A stretch of DNA of 64,000 nt from an uncultured Clostridium sp. (GCA_948442365.1 CAOJRU010000009.1:720-64719), one strand, 5' to 3'. Positions 10,453 to 21,509 are shown, counted from the stretch's first letter. Translations and numbers: made by a program. The notes: generated by a model from the sequence alone, not told the origin.

Positions 10453-13068
10453 ATGGCAGAATACTCACCAATGATGCAAAAATATCTTGAAACCAAAGAA
10501 GAATACAAAGACTGTATCCTATTTTATCGACTAGGAGACTTTTACGAAATGTTCTTTGATGATGCTATATTAGTAGCAAGAGAGCTAGAAATAACGTTAA
10601 CAGGGAAAGAATGTGGACAAGAAGAAAGAGCACCAATGGCAGGAGTGCCACATCATGCAGCAGAAATGTATATAGCTAAATTAGTAAACAAAGGATATAA
10701 GGTAGCTATTTGTGAGCAATTAGAAGACCCAAAAGAGACAAAGGGAATTGTTAAAAGAGGAGTAGTTCGTGTTGTAACGCCAGGAACAGTCGTAGAAAGT
10801 AATATGTTAGAGGAAAGAAAAAACAATTATATCATGTCTGTTTTTAAATCTGGTATCTATTTTGGAATCAGTGTATGTGACATATCAACAGGAGAATTTT
10901 ATTCAGCAGAAATTAAAGATAACAATAATTTTCCTATGTTATTAGATGAAATTGCAAGATATACGCCATCGGAATTAGTTGTGAATTCCATGATGGCAGA
11001 CTGTGCAGAGGAAATTGACAAAATAAAAGAAAGATTTGAGAATATCTATATTACAAAATTCAATGACAAATTTTTTACCAGTGAAGTAGAAAACTTAGAA
11101 CTAAGATTTAACATTGTTGATAATACCGATAAAAAAATAGAAAATTTTGTAGATAGAACTTTAGCTATTAGTGCCATTCATGCATTAGTAGAATATATGG
11201 AACAAACACAGAAAACAACTTTAGATCATATTAACAAAATAATAGTATATTCATTGTCTAGGTATATGGCATTAGACATTAACGCCAGAAGAAATTTAGA
11301 AATAACAGAAAAATTAAGAGATAAATCCAAGAAAGGAACATTATTATGGGTATTAGATAAAACATCTACTTCAATGGGAGGAAGGTGTTTAAGAAGATGG
11401 TTAAGTGATCCACTTGTAGATGTTTTAGAAATTAATCGAAGACTAAATGCTGTAAAAGAATTGAAAGAGGATGTCATGCTAAGAGGAGATATAACAGAAA
11501 ATCTAAAAAAAGTATATGACATAGAACGTCTAGCAGGTAAAATGGCTTATGGAAATGCGAATGCTAGAGATATGATAACTTTAAAAAATTCTTTATTAAA
11601 ATTACCAGAGCTAAAAAGAAATTTAGCTAACTGTAAAACAGACTTACTAAAAGATTTAGCAGAAAATTTAGATGAATTACAAGATATTTACCAACTAATT
11701 GAAGGTGCCATTATGGAGGAACCACCAATGACAATTAAAGAAGGCGGTATTATCAAATTAGGATATGATGAAGAAATTGATACGTTAAAAACCGCACAAA
11801 CAGAAGGAAAGAATTGGTTAGTTCAATTAGAATTAGACGAAAGAGAAAAAACAGGTATCAAAAACTTAAAAATAGGTTTTAATAAAGTATTTGGATATTT
11901 CATTGAAGTTACAAAATCTTATTTAAGCCAAGTACCAGATAGATATGTTAGAAAGCAAACATTAACCAATGCTGAAAGATACATCACAGAAGAATTAAAA
12001 AATTTAGAAAATCAAATATTAGGAGCCGAAGAAAAAGTAGTAAATTTGGAATATGAAGCTTTTGTCCAAATAAGAGATAACATTGCAAAAAATGTAAAAA
12101 GACTGCAAAAGAGTAGTGAAGTAGTGTCTAATTTAGATGTTTTAACATCTTTTGCAGAAGTGGCAGAAGATATGAACTATTGCATGCCAGAGGTAAATAG
12201 TTCAGGAACGATTGCGATCCAAAAGGGAAGACATCCAGTCATAGAAAAGATACTAGGACCAGGAAGTTTTGTAGAAAATGATACGCATTTAGACCAACAA
12301 GATAATCGATTATCTATCATTACAGGACCTAATATGGCGGGTAAATCTACTTACATGCGACAAGTAGCCTTAATTACTTTAATGGCACAAGTAGGAAGTT
12401 TTGTACCAGCAGAAAATGCTAAAATTGGAGTGGTTGACAAGATTTTCACAAGAGTGGGAGCATCCGATGATTTAAGCATGGGACAAAGTACCTTCATGGT
12501 AGAAATGATGGAAGTAGCCACTATTTTAAAAGAAGCAACTAACAATAGTTTAGTTATTTTAGATGAAATAGGAAGAGGAACTTCTACATATGATGGTTTA
12601 TCGATTGCTTGGGCAGTGGCAGAATTTATTGCAGATAATGAAAAGTGTGGAGCGAAAACCTTATTTGCTACCCATTATCATGAATTAACCGAATTAGAAG
12701 ATAAATTGGAAGGAATTAAAAATTATTCGATTGCCGTAAAAGAAAAAGGAGAAGACATTATATTCTTGCGAAAAATCGTAAGAGGTGGAACAGATGAAAG
12801 CTATGGAATTCATGTTGCTCGTTTGGCTGGTGTTCCTAAAACAGTAACACAAAAAGCAGATGAAATTTTACGTTCTTTAGAAAGAAAAAATATTTTGACA
12901 GGTCAAAAACAGGATAAGCAACAGAAGAAACAAGTAGATGGTCAGTTTGATATGTATAATTATAAGTTAGCAGAGATTGCTCATGAGGTGGACAAGATTA
13001 ATTTGAATGAGCTGACTCCCATTGATGCTTTAAATACGTTAGTTCGTATAAAAGAAAAAATGAAATAA
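10453..13068 (+). CDS. mutS: DNA mismatch repair protein MutS
   Basis: FYRLGDFYEMF, TGPNMAGKSTYMRQ, DEIGRGTST, ATHYHEL. Confidence 0.97.
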   Translation: MAEYSPMMQKYLETKEEYKDCILFYRLGDFYEMFFDDAILVARELEITLTGKECGQEERAPMAGVPHHAAEMYIAKLVNKGYKVAICEQLEDPKETKGIVKRGVVRVVTPGTVVESNMLEERKNNYIMSVFKSGIYFGISVCDISTGEFYSAEIKDNNNFPMLLDEIARYTPSELVVNSMMADCAEEIDKIKERFENIYITKFNDKFFTSEVENLELRFNIVDNTDKKIENFVDRTLAISAIHALVEYMEQTQKTTLDHINKIIVYSLSRYMALDINARRNLEITEKLRDKSKKGTLLWVLDKTSTSMGGRCLRRWLSDPLVDVLEINRRLNAVKELKEDVMLRGDITENLKKVYDIERLAGKMAYGNANARDMITLKNSLLKLPELKRNLANCKTDLLKDLAENLDELQDIYQLIEGAIMEEPPMTIKEGGIIKLGYDEEIDTLKTAQTEGKNWLVQLELDEREKTGIKNLKIGFNKVFGYFIEVTKSYLSQVPDRYVRKQTLTNAERYITEELKNLENQILGAEEKVVNLEYEAFVQIRDNIAKNVKRLQKSSEVVSNLDVLTSFAEVAEDMNYCMPEVNSSGTIAIQKGRHPVIEKILGPGSFVENDTHLDQQDNRLSIITGPNMAGKSTYMRQVALITLMAQVGSFVPAENAKIGVVDKIFTRVGASDDLSMGQSTFMVEMMEVATILKEATNNSLVILDEIGRGTSTYDGLSIAWAVAEFIADNEKCGAKTLFATHYHELTELEDKLEGIKNYSIAVKEKGEDIIFLRKIVRGGTDESYGIHVARLAGVPKTVTQKADEILRSLERKNILTGQKQDKQQKKQVDGQFDMYNYKLAEIAHEVDKINLNELTPIDALNTLVRIKEKMK

Positions 13069-13108
13069 TAAACTTAGAAAATAGTAAGAGTAAAGGATTG
13101 AGTTTAAA

Positions 13109-13645
13109 ATGTCAAAAAATAAAAAAATTATATTAGCAGCATTATTGCTAGCTATGATTATTATATTATCAAGGTTTTTATCTATAAAAACACCAATTGT
13201 AACCATAGGATTTGCTTTTATACCAAGCATATTATGTGCTATATGGCTAGGTCCAAAGTGGTCAATTTTAATTAATGTACTTGCTGATTTAATAGGAGCT
13301 ACTTTATTTCCTTTTGGATCGTTTTTTATAGGATATACTATTACAACAGCAGTTGCAGCAGCAATTTATGGATTTTTGTTATATAAAAAAGAAGAGGATA
13401 CTTATACAGACAAACAATTTGTATTAAGAATGATATTAGCAGTTATATTGGTTACTGTAATTGCTAATATTGGTTTAAATACTTTATGGCTAAGTATTAC
13501 CACAGGGAAAGCATTTATGGTATTGATGGCTTCCAGAATTGTTAAAGAATTAGTGATGGTACCAATTAAAATTATGATGATGATCTTTTTGGAAAGAGTA
13601 TTGAGAAAACCATTTAATCAATATTTAAGAGGCGAAAATGATTAG
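13109..13645 (+). CDS. ECF transporter S component, folate (FolT) family
   Basis: Multi-TM; IILSRFLSI...IGFAFIP...GP...DLIG...FFIGYTIT...NTLWL. Confidence 0.75.
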   Translation: MSKNKKIILAALLLAMIIILSRFLSIKTPIVTIGFAFIPSILCAIWLGPKWSILINVLADLIGATLFPFGSFFIGYTITTAVAAAIYGFLLYKKEEDTYTDKQFVLRMILAVILVTVIANIGLNTLWLSITTGKAFMVLMASRIVKELVMVPIKIMMMIFLERVLRKPFNQYLRGEND

Positions 13646-14453
13646 TATTAAAGAGGTAAGTTATCATTATATAAAAGGGAAAGAAATATTAAAACCTATT
13701 AATTTAGATATTCAAGAAAAAGAAACGGTTGTTATTATGGGAAAGAATGGTTCTGGGAAATCGACTTTAGGGAAACTGATTTCAGGAATTATGAAACCAA
13801 AATCGGGGAAAATTTTAATAGATAATTTAGATATGGCTGATAAAAAAAATAAAAAAGAAATTCGTAAAAAGATAGGCATTGTATTTCAAAATCCCGAAAA
13901 TCAGATTATTTTTAACAACATACAAGATGAGGTATCTTTTGCCTTGAAGGGATTGGACAAAGAAGAGATAAAAACACGTATTGAAAATTCTTTAGAACAA
14001 GTAAACATGAAAGATAAAAGACAAGAGGATTTATATGAATTATCGTTAGGGCAAAAACAAAGAATTATGATTGGTGAGGTTCTTGCTAAACAACCAAAAT
14101 ACATTGTATTGGATGAACCAACTACCATGATTGATAGTAAAGGAAAAGAAGAAATTTATCAAATTATAGAAAATTTGAAAAAAGAAGGCTATACCATAGT
14201 ATTAATAACCAATATGGCAGAAGAAATGTTGTTGGCGGATCGAATTATGATATTAAACGATGGCCAAATAGCAGAAGAAATAAGAAAAGAAGAATTGTTA
14301 AATAAATTGGATGTATTTGAACAATATGATATTAAAATTCCAATGATACTGGAAATGATACGAAAGTTAAAACAAGAAGGAATTGAAATCAAGGTAACAA
14401 ATTATTCGATAGATGAATTAGTCAATCAATTAAAGGAAATTGTAAAACGATGA
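13638..14453 (+). CDS. ECF transporter ATPase (EcfA-like)
   Basis: GKNGSGKST, FQNPENQ, LSLGQKQR, LDEPT. Confidence 0.88.
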   Translation: MISIKEVSYHYIKGKEILKPINLDIQEKETVVIMGKNGSGKSTLGKLISGIMKPKSGKILIDNLDMADKKNKKEIRKKIGIVFQNPENQIIFNNIQDEVSFALKGLDKEEIKTRIENSLEQVNMKDKRQEDLYELSLGQKQRIMIGEVLAKQPKYIVLDEPTTMIDSKGKEEIYQIIENLKKEGYTIVLITNMAEEMLLADRIMILNDGQIAEEIRKEELLNKLDVFEQYDIKIPMILEMIRKLKQEGIEIKVTNYSIDELVNQLKEIVKR

Positions 14454-15016
14454 GAAACATAATTTTATTTTTAATTTTTATCCTATATGCTACTTTTATA
14501 TTTTTTATCAGTCATGCTGCTTTGCTAGTAGCAGTACTGGTAATCAATATTTTAGCAATGCTACTGTTTAAAGTAAAAATAACAGCAGTGGTAGAAAATA
14601 CAGTGAAATTACTACCTTTTATTTTGTTAACAGTAGCGATTAATTGCATTTTGTCTCATTATGAATATGCGATTTTGGTTGCTATCAAATTAATATTGGT
14701 TTGTAATATTACTTTTATTTATTCAAAAACTACTACAGTAAGGGAAATAGCTTCAACGATAAAGAGTTTTTGCATGCCATTGAAGTTAATAAAAGTTAAT
14801 CCAGATGATATCGAATTATTAGTTTGTATTTCTTTATCTATGTTACCTATTTTAAAAAGTGAATATTTACAGTTAAAAGATGCCTGTGATGCAAAGGGTA
14901 TGGATATGAATGTTAAAAATATGAAGCCAATTTTTACGAAATTAATGATTTCTATTATGAAACGTGTTAATGAGATTGAAGAGTCTGTGATCGAAAAAGG
15001 ATATGGAGAAATATAA
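14450..15016 (+). CDS. ECF transporter transmembrane T component (short)
   Basis: Hydrophobic, overlaps the ATPase gene; PLKLIKV, LPIL..E, AKG/EKG at the ARG-motif positions. Confidence 0.75.
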   Translation: MRNIILFLIFILYATFIFFISHAALLVAVLVINILAMLLFKVKITAVVENTVKLLPFILLTVAINCILSHYEYAILVAIKLILVCNITFIYSKTTTVREIASTIKSFCMPLKLIKVNPDDIELLVCISLSMLPILKSEYLQLKDACDAKGMDMNVKNMKPIFTKLMISIMKRVNEIEESVIEKGYGEI

Positions 15017-15021
15017 GCAAG

Positions 15022-15056
15022 CAAAGAGGGTTCCCTATTATAGGAAACCCTCTTTT
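15022..15056. terminator. Terminator hairpin
   Basis: aaagagggttccctat / ataggaaaccctctttt. Confidence 0.65.
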
Positions 15057-15136
15057 GGTTATTGAACAAAAACTTCTCTTAATAATATCTTAGCATTGAT
15101 GAATTCGGATAAAGAGTTAGTCCAAGATAAAGCAAA

Positions 15137-15631
15137 TTATTTTTTTAAATATATTTTTTGTACATATAACTTATTAGCAAATGATTGAACTACATTTCTA
15201 AGAATGTATTGTTCTTGAGAAAGTTTGCTATTTTTAATATAATTTTTTTCAGCAAAAACAATGCGAATAGCTTTTTCCAATTCAGAGCAGAAGCGGTCAT
15301 AGGCCTGTTCAATAGGAGAGGTTTGAATGGCTAAAGCAATCAATCGTTTAATATCATTTATACTATAAACTTCTTTTAAAACAAAAATAACAAACAAAGA
15401 AGCAATATGTTCTTTATTATATTTTTTGTTGATGGGTGGTTTTATGGCACTGTGTTTTACATAGTTATTAATCATTGTTTTGGTTATAATCTTTTCTTCT
15501 TTTTCATTATCATTTTTAATATAGCCAGCCAAATATTGTTCTAAAAAGCAAACTAATTGGTCGATATATAAATCTATATTAGGAAGTTCATGCCATCTAG
15601 GCAAATGAAAATTTTCAATTTCTGAATTCAT
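15137..15631 (-). CDS. DUF1836-family putative transcriptional regulator
   Basis: LPRWHELPNIDLYIDQL, ITKTMINNYVK, KKYNKEHIA. Confidence 0.85.
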   Translation of the reverse strand: MNSEIENFHLPRWHELPNIDLYIDQLVCFLEQYLAGYIKNDNEKEEKIITKTMINNYVKHSAIKPPINKKYNKEHIASLFVIFVLKEVYSINDIKRLIALAIQTSPIEQAYDRFCSELEKAIRIVFAEKNYIKNSKLSQEQYILRNVVQSFANKLYVQKIYLKK

Positions 15632-15686
15632 TCCGAATCACCTCATAATACTTATCATAACACGATTAGACCCCTTAGTCAACCAC

Positions 15687-15730
15687 TTGACAACATATTT
15701 GATGTATGATAATCTAGTAATCAATACTAG
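15687..15730 (+). promoter_or_regulatory. Promoter with a palindromic operator upstream of the acyl-CoA synthetase
   Basis: TTGACA 15687-92, TG-extended -10 near 15710, palindrome CTAGTA-ATCAA-TACTAG 15714-15730. Confidence 0.55.
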
Positions 15731-15746
15731 ATAAAGGGGTAAAATT

Positions 15747-17469
15747 ATGGAAAGAGAAAAATATTTTGAAGCAAAAGAATTTGAAAATCTTAAAGACCTT
15801 ATCTATGATGCCGTAAAAAAATATAATAAAAAAGCAGCTTTTGTCATAAAACACAAAAAGGAAAAAGACATTTCGTATGAAAGTATAAGTTATACACAAT
15901 TATTAGAAGAGGTTAATCAGCTAGGAACAAAATTTTATGACTTAGGTTATCAAAATAAAAGAGTAGCTATTGTGGGAAGAAATCGTTATGAATGGGTCAT
16001 TACACATTTGGCGAATTTATTAGGTGGAATGATTAGTATTCCATTAGATAAAGAATTACAAGTGGAAGAATTAGAAAGTTGTTTAGTTAGAAGCAAAGCG
16101 GATGTTTTGGTATTTGATGAAAAATATAATGAAAATATCGAAGAAATTAAAAAAAGAGGAAATACAAAAATAGAAAATTATATTTGTATGACAAATCAAG
16201 AAGGATATATGTCTATACCAGAATTAAAACAGCAAGGAAAAGAAATCTTAGAAAAAGGGAATAGAGAATATATAGATGCTAAAATAGATTCTTATAAGAT
16301 GAATATATTACTATTCACTTCAGGAACAACATCAAAGTCAAAAGCGGTTATGCTTTCTCAAAATAATATTGCTTCTAATGTATATAGTATGCAGTTAGTA
16401 GAAGATATCAGAAAAGAAGATACCAATATAGCATTTTTACCATTCCATCATATTTTTGGATCTACTTGTATGGTGGTTATGCTTGCTTTTGGTGTAAAAA
16501 CAGTATTTCCAGATGGACTTCGTTATATTGCCCAAAATTTAAAAGAATATAAAGTTTCTATTTTTGTAGGAGTTCCTTTATTAGTAGAAGCCATATATAA
16601 AAGAATAGAGCAAGGAGTAGCCAAAAAAGGGAAAACGAAAACGGTTGCATTTGCTAAAAAAATAAGTAATTTCTTATTAAAATTACGGAGTGGATGTTCG
16701 TCAAAAACTATTTAAAGAAATTTTAAATGAATTAGGTGGAAGCTTGCGATTTGTAATTTCTGGAGGTGCGCCACTAGATCGAAGAGTATCGCAAGGATTT
16801 AATGAATTGGGAATTAATGTAGTACAAGGATATGGATTAACAGAAACATCACCAGTTATAGCTGCTGAAAATTTTAAAAAAATGAAATATGGTTCGATTG
16901 GTTTTCCAATGGAAAACGTACAATTGGAACTTTACAATCAAGATGAACAAGGAGTAGGAGAAATTAGAGTAAAAGGACCTAATATTATGCTTGGTTATTA
17001 TGAAAATGAAGAAGCAACGAATGAAGTATTAAAAGATGGTTGGTTCTATACAGGTGATTTAGCTTATTTTGACAAAGCAGGATATTTATTTTTAGCTGGT
17101 AGAAAAAAAGATATGATTGTTTTAAAAAATGGTAAAAAGGTATTTCCAGATGAGTTGGAAACTTTGATTAATCGTTTGGAAGAAGTAAAAGAATGTATTG
17201 TTTATGGTATGCCAGATAATAAGGATAAAAATGATATAAAACTTTCTGTTAAAATTGTTTATGAGGAAGAAGTTATTAAGGAAAAATATTCGAATGTAAC
17301 ACAAGAGGAATTGGAAGAGATCATTTGGCAAAAGATTAAAGAAATTAATAAAACATTTCCACCTTATAAATATATTAAAAATATGATCTTAACAGATCAA
17401 GAATTGATTAAGACAACGACGAAAAAGGTAAAGAGAAATGAGGAAATTAAAAAGCTTTTAGAAAAATAA
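15747..17469 (+). CDS. Long-chain fatty acid-CoA ligase (AMP-binding); +1 shift at CGG 16686-16688
   Basis: FTSGTTSKSK in the first part; ...FLLKL [C]GGA GTG GAT gives G-V-D-V-R-Q-K-L, then SGGAPL, QGYGLTETSP, WFYTGD. Confidence 0.9.
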
Positions 17470-17474
17470 AAGTG

Positions 17475-17736
17475 ATAATTTGGGGACAGAGAAAAAAATC
17501 ATAGTGCAGAAACAAAAATATTAAAAAATCAAAAAAATATAAAAGTTTATCGTTCAAGCTAATTTTCATAGAAATTTTAAATCGATAAGATGGCTCCCTT
17601 TCATGTCAAGCATGAACTATTTCCATCTTATCGATTAATAATTTCTAATTCAATTACTTTCAATCAAAACTTTTATATTTTTTTGATTTTTTACTTAAAT
17701 TTTATTACCATGATTTTTTCCTCTGTCCTCGATTAT
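17475..17736. repeat. Long imperfect palindromic element (REPIN/MITE-like), copy A
   Basis: Nested inverted repeats ggacagagaaaaaaatcat/atgattttttcctctgtcc and atcgataagatgg/ccatcttatcgat; interior homologous to 29460-29737. Confidence 0.8.
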
Positions 17737-18086
17737 TAAATTTCTGTTATTTTTAAATTAAACTTGTCTTCAAAAACCTTTTTTTTAGCAATATATTCTT
17801 TTGTCTTAACACCTTTTACATCAATAATTTCAGTAGAATTATCTTTGTGGAAAATGATAAAATCAGCCTTATATTTTAATTTTGGTGCTAAAATAAAAGT
17901 AGGCTGTAGACAAAAGCCATTAATTTCTTTTCCTTGTAGTCTTAGTTTTAATTCACAATAATAATCCGCTTCTTTTTGACTGTCAAAAGTATGACCATCG
18001 ATAGATACTTTATTTGCTCGATATTTGCTATTTCTTTTATTTCCATTTGTAAAATTTTTATAATCATCTACTGTCCAGTGTTCCAT
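17736..18086 (-). CDS. DUF1064-family (PD-D/ExK nuclease-like) protein
   Basis: SKYRANKV.IDGHTFDSQKEA, YKADF, IIDVKG..TKEY. Confidence 0.85.
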   Translation of the reverse strand: MEHWTVDDYKNFTNGNKRNSKYRANKVSIDGHTFDSQKEADYYCELKLRLQGKEINGFCLQPTFILAPKLKYKADFIIFHKDNSTEIIDVKGVKTKEYIAKKKVFEDKFNLKITEI

Positions 18087-18215
18087 CCAATTAACTCCTT
18101 ATCTAATTTTGTATTATTATACAGAAAAAAATAGAAAAGTGCAATAAAAATATATGCTTTTTTAACAATGTATGATAAAATATCATAGATTACAAAAGAG
18201 GTGAAATAGAATCAA

Positions 18216-19439
18216 ATGGAAAGCGAGAAATTAAAGAGAAGAAAGGCTATATTAACAAATCAAATCATACCATATTTTATGGGGATATCAGATGATTTAA
18301 TGTTTTTTATTGTAATTAATACACTATTTTTTACAATCGTAAAAGGATTATCAGCTGCTGAAATATCTTTTTTAGGTACACTTTCAGACTTGTTTTACAT
18401 TATTTTACAGATACCAGCATTGAAAATAATCCAAAAAGTAGGAAATATAAAATCAATTAGAATTGGAACCATTATGTTATTAATTAGTAGTATATTAATG
18501 ACATTTGCTAATCATTATTCCATTATTATGATTGGTCATATTTTATATACAGTATCATTTTTATTCAAAAAAATGGATAATGTCATATTAAAAAATAACT
18601 TAGACTATTTGCAAAAAGAAAATGATTATCTAAAGATATCCAATAAATCTAAAATTATATATTCTGTGATAACAGCAATTATAGCTCTCATAGCAGGTGG
18701 AATATTTGCTATTAATCACTATATGCCAATGTATTTGTGTATTGGCATTTGTATGATAAGTGTTTTATTATCATTTTGTATGTTTGATATTAGAGAAGAT
18801 ATGCCAAAAAGTTGTCAATTTAGCAAAAAGGAAAAAATAAAAATTTCTAAAATTGTTCTAATTATATTTGTGTCTTTTGCTCTATTGTATAGTATAATAA
18901 GTGTAGGACAAACAGATAGTAAGTTATTTATACAATATAATCTTCAAGCACATTTTGATGTAGAACTAACTGCAACCTATTTTAGCCTTATCATAGTATC
19001 ATCACGTATCACTAGAATTTTAGGAAATATACTATTTAAAAAGGTATATCAAAAATTTAAAGATAAAGTCAATTTAATAATTCCTATCATGGCAATCCTA
19101 GCATTTGCTTGTAGTATAATAGGTAGTTGTTTAAATTCAATGATACTAATTAAATTCTTATTAATGACAATAGGATTTGATTTAATATTACTAATAAGAG
19201 ATTCCGTTGATGTATATATGACGGATTTATTATTGAAAAATACAGTAGCAGAAGAACAGCAAAAAGCAGTTTCTTATCTACAATTGTCAAGAAGAATAGG
19301 AGAAACCACAATTAGTTTAATATTCTCAATGATGTTAACGAAATTAGATTTATTCTATGTAATGATTTGTTTAATGCTTTTTGCCATCATAAGTTTAGGT
19401 ATCAATACGAAATTATACAAAATGGTAAAAGAAAAATAA
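18216..19439 (+). CDS. MFS-type transporter
   Basis: 407 aa with about 12 hydrophobic segments. Confidence 0.7.
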   Translation: MESEKLKRRKAILTNQIIPYFMGISDDLMFFIVINTLFFTIVKGLSAAEISFLGTLSDLFYIILQIPALKIIQKVGNIKSIRIGTIMLLISSILMTFANHYSIIMIGHILYTVSFLFKKMDNVILKNNLDYLQKENDYLKISNKSKIIYSVITAIIALIAGGIFAINHYMPMYLCIGICMISVLLSFCMFDIREDMPKSCQFSKKEKIKISKIVLIIFVSFALLYSIISVGQTDSKLFIQYNLQAHFDVELTATYFSLIIVSSRITRILGNILFKKVYQKFKDKVNLIIPIMAILAFACSIIGSCLNSMILIKFLLMTIGFDLILLIRDSVDVYMTDLLLKNTVAEEQQKAVSYLQLSRRIGETTISLIFSMMLTKLDLFYVMICLMLFAIISLGINTKLYKMVKEK

Positions 19440-19462
19440 GGAATTATACAGGGAGGCAAAAT

Positions 19463-20350
19463 ATGCCAGAAATTTTAATACAAATGCTAGAAGAACAATA
19501 TGGAAAAGAAAACGTACCCAAAATAGTACAAGGTTATTATGCTAAAAGAAAAACCACTTTTCGAGTCAATACCTTAAAAAGCAGTGTAGAAAAAATAGCT
19601 AAGTTATTAGAAGAAAATAAGATAACCTATAAGAAAGTGAAATGGAGTAAAGAAGCTTTTATTGTAGAAAATGTATTAGAAAAAGAAATTAGAAAATTAG
19701 AGATATACAAAAATGGAGAAATATACTTACAAAGTTTATCCTCCATGTTACCACCAATCATCCTACAGCCAAAGGAAGGAATGGATTTATTAGACATGGC
19801 AGCAGCACCAGGAGGAAAAACAACGCAGATAGCAGCTATTACTAAGAATAAAGCGAATATCACGGCATGTGAAAGAAATAAAATTCGAGCAGAACGATTG
19901 AAATACAATATAGAAAAGCAAGGAGCAAAAGTATATGTCATGACACAAGATGCCAGAGAAATAGATGATTTCTTTTCTTTTGATCAAATTTTATTAGATG
20001 CACCATGTAGTGGAAGTGGAACGCTTCATTTACAAGAAAACAAAAAAGAAGATTTTACAGAAACACAAATTCAGAAAATCTCTAAAACTCAATTAGCACT
20101 TTTGAAAAAAGCAACCAATTTATTAAAAGCAGGAAAAGAAATGGTGTATTCAACTTGTTCAATTTTAGCAAGTGAGAATGAAGGAATCCTTCAAGAAGTG
20201 TTAAAAGACAAAAGAATTGAGATTTTGCCAATTGCATTAGAAGGAATGGAAGAAATACCACTTCTACCAACTAAAATAAAAGGCACTCTATGTGTGTGCC
20301 CCAATGAATACTTTGAAGGATTTTTTATCGCTAAACTTAGAAAGATTTGA
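19463..20350 (+). CDS. RsmB/RsmF (NOL1/NOP2/Sun) RNA C5-methyltransferase
   Basis: LDMAAAPGGKT, ILLDAPCSGSG, VYSTCS; ATG 19463 after GGGAGG. Confidence 0.9.
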   Translation: MPEILIQMLEEQYGKENVPKIVQGYYAKRKTTFRVNTLKSSVEKIAKLLEENKITYKKVKWSKEAFIVENVLEKEIRKLEIYKNGEIYLQSLSSMLPPIILQPKEGMDLLDMAAAPGGKTTQIAAITKNKANITACERNKIRAERLKYNIEKQGAKVYVMTQDAREIDDFFSFDQILLDAPCSGSGTLHLQENKKEDFTETQIQKISKTQLALLKKATNLLKAGKEMVYSTCSILASENEGILQEVLKDKRIEILPIALEGMEEIPLLPTKIKGTLCVCPNEYFEGFFIAKLRKI

Positions 20351-20426
20351 GTGGATGGCAAGTCAGGTACAAACTTGCCATGAAAAAATATAGCAAAAGA
20401 GAAGAAAAAACAAAAAGGAGAAAATC

Positions 20427-20747
20427 ATGTATTATGTTTATATATTAAGATGTGAAGATAACTCGCTATATACAGGTATTACTACGGATGTAGAACATAG
20501 AATGAAAGAACATTTTAGTAAAGTAAATGGTGCTAAGTATACCTATAGTCATACTGCTAAAAAGTTAGAGGGAGTATGGAAAACAGAGAATAGGGTATTG
20601 GCTTCTAAATTAGAATATCATATCAAAAAGTTGACAAAAGTCAAAAAGGAAGAATTGATTGTTAAAAATAATTTAGAAGAATTATTGCATCCAAAAATAG
20701 AGAGTAGTCAATATAAAAGATTAGAAAATTTTATATTTGGTCCATAG
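20427..20747 (+). CDS. GIY-YIG nuclease family protein (YazA-like)
   Basis: YYVYILRCEDNSLYTGITTD, GAKYT. Confidence 0.9.
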   Translation: MYYVYILRCEDNSLYTGITTDVEHRMKEHFSKVNGAKYTYSHTAKKLEGVWKTENRVLASKLEYHIKKLTKVKKEELIVKNNLEELLHPKIESSQYKRLENFIFGP

Positions 20748-21306
20748 GAATGGGATTATAAATACTAGCAATATTACCAGTTTGTTCAGCTGTTGTAACA
20801 ACGATTGGATAATAATTATTTTTTGCCATCCATTCATAAACTTCATAAGAATGATTACAGCTCATAGTATAAGCATCTTTTAGAAATTGTCTTAAATTAG
20901 CATTGGTAACTTCCATAGAAGAAATGGCATATTCTTTACCAGCTCTTTTTAATGTTAAGAAGTAAGATAGAGCAATTTCCCTATCTGTTAATTTTGTAAC
21001 ATTAGTATTTACAGTGACAGGTTCTGCTGGTTTGATTTCGTTTACATCTTCTGTAAAAATAGATGTATTTAATTGAGGAACATTAAGATTACCAGTTGCT
21101 GTATCAACATTTTTTACGAATTCTACCTTTCTATTATAATCTTCGACATGGATTGGAAAATGCGTATTTAATAAAGATTTTAATTCTTCATCAGTTACCT
21201 GATTTTTAAATAATGACATACAAGTGATAGTATTAACGCAGCTTGTAATTAATTCATTTAAATAACTTAATTCACATATTGTTAATTTCAATAAAAACAC
21301 CTCCAT
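20731..21306 (-). CDS. Spore coat protein (Coat F-like)
   Basis: LTDREIA...EVTNANLR...YEWMAKNNYYP; exact start uncertain. Confidence 0.65.
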   Translation of the reverse strand: MEVFLLKLTICELSYLNELITSCVNTITCMSLFKNQVTDEELKSLLNTHFPIHVEDYNRKVEFVKNVDTATGNLNVPQLNTSIFTEDVNEIKPAEPVTVNTNVTKLTDREIALSYFLTLKRAGKEYAISSMEVTNANLRQFLKDAYTMSCNHSYEVYEWMAKNNYYPIVVTTAEQTGNIASIYNPIPMDQI

Positions 21307-21509
21307 AATATATAGGAATAGTATAACCTAACTCACTAGAAATTATAAGGATATTGGCTTGGAAAATAATGGAGGGCAATAAAACTTTAAAAAGGTTGAG
21401 AACATTTGTATTATATGATATAATTTTCACAATTAATGTCATCCATTATTGCACTAATTAGAAATAGTAGTAAAAAGGAATAAAAGATCTAAAAATTAGA
21501 GGTGAAACA

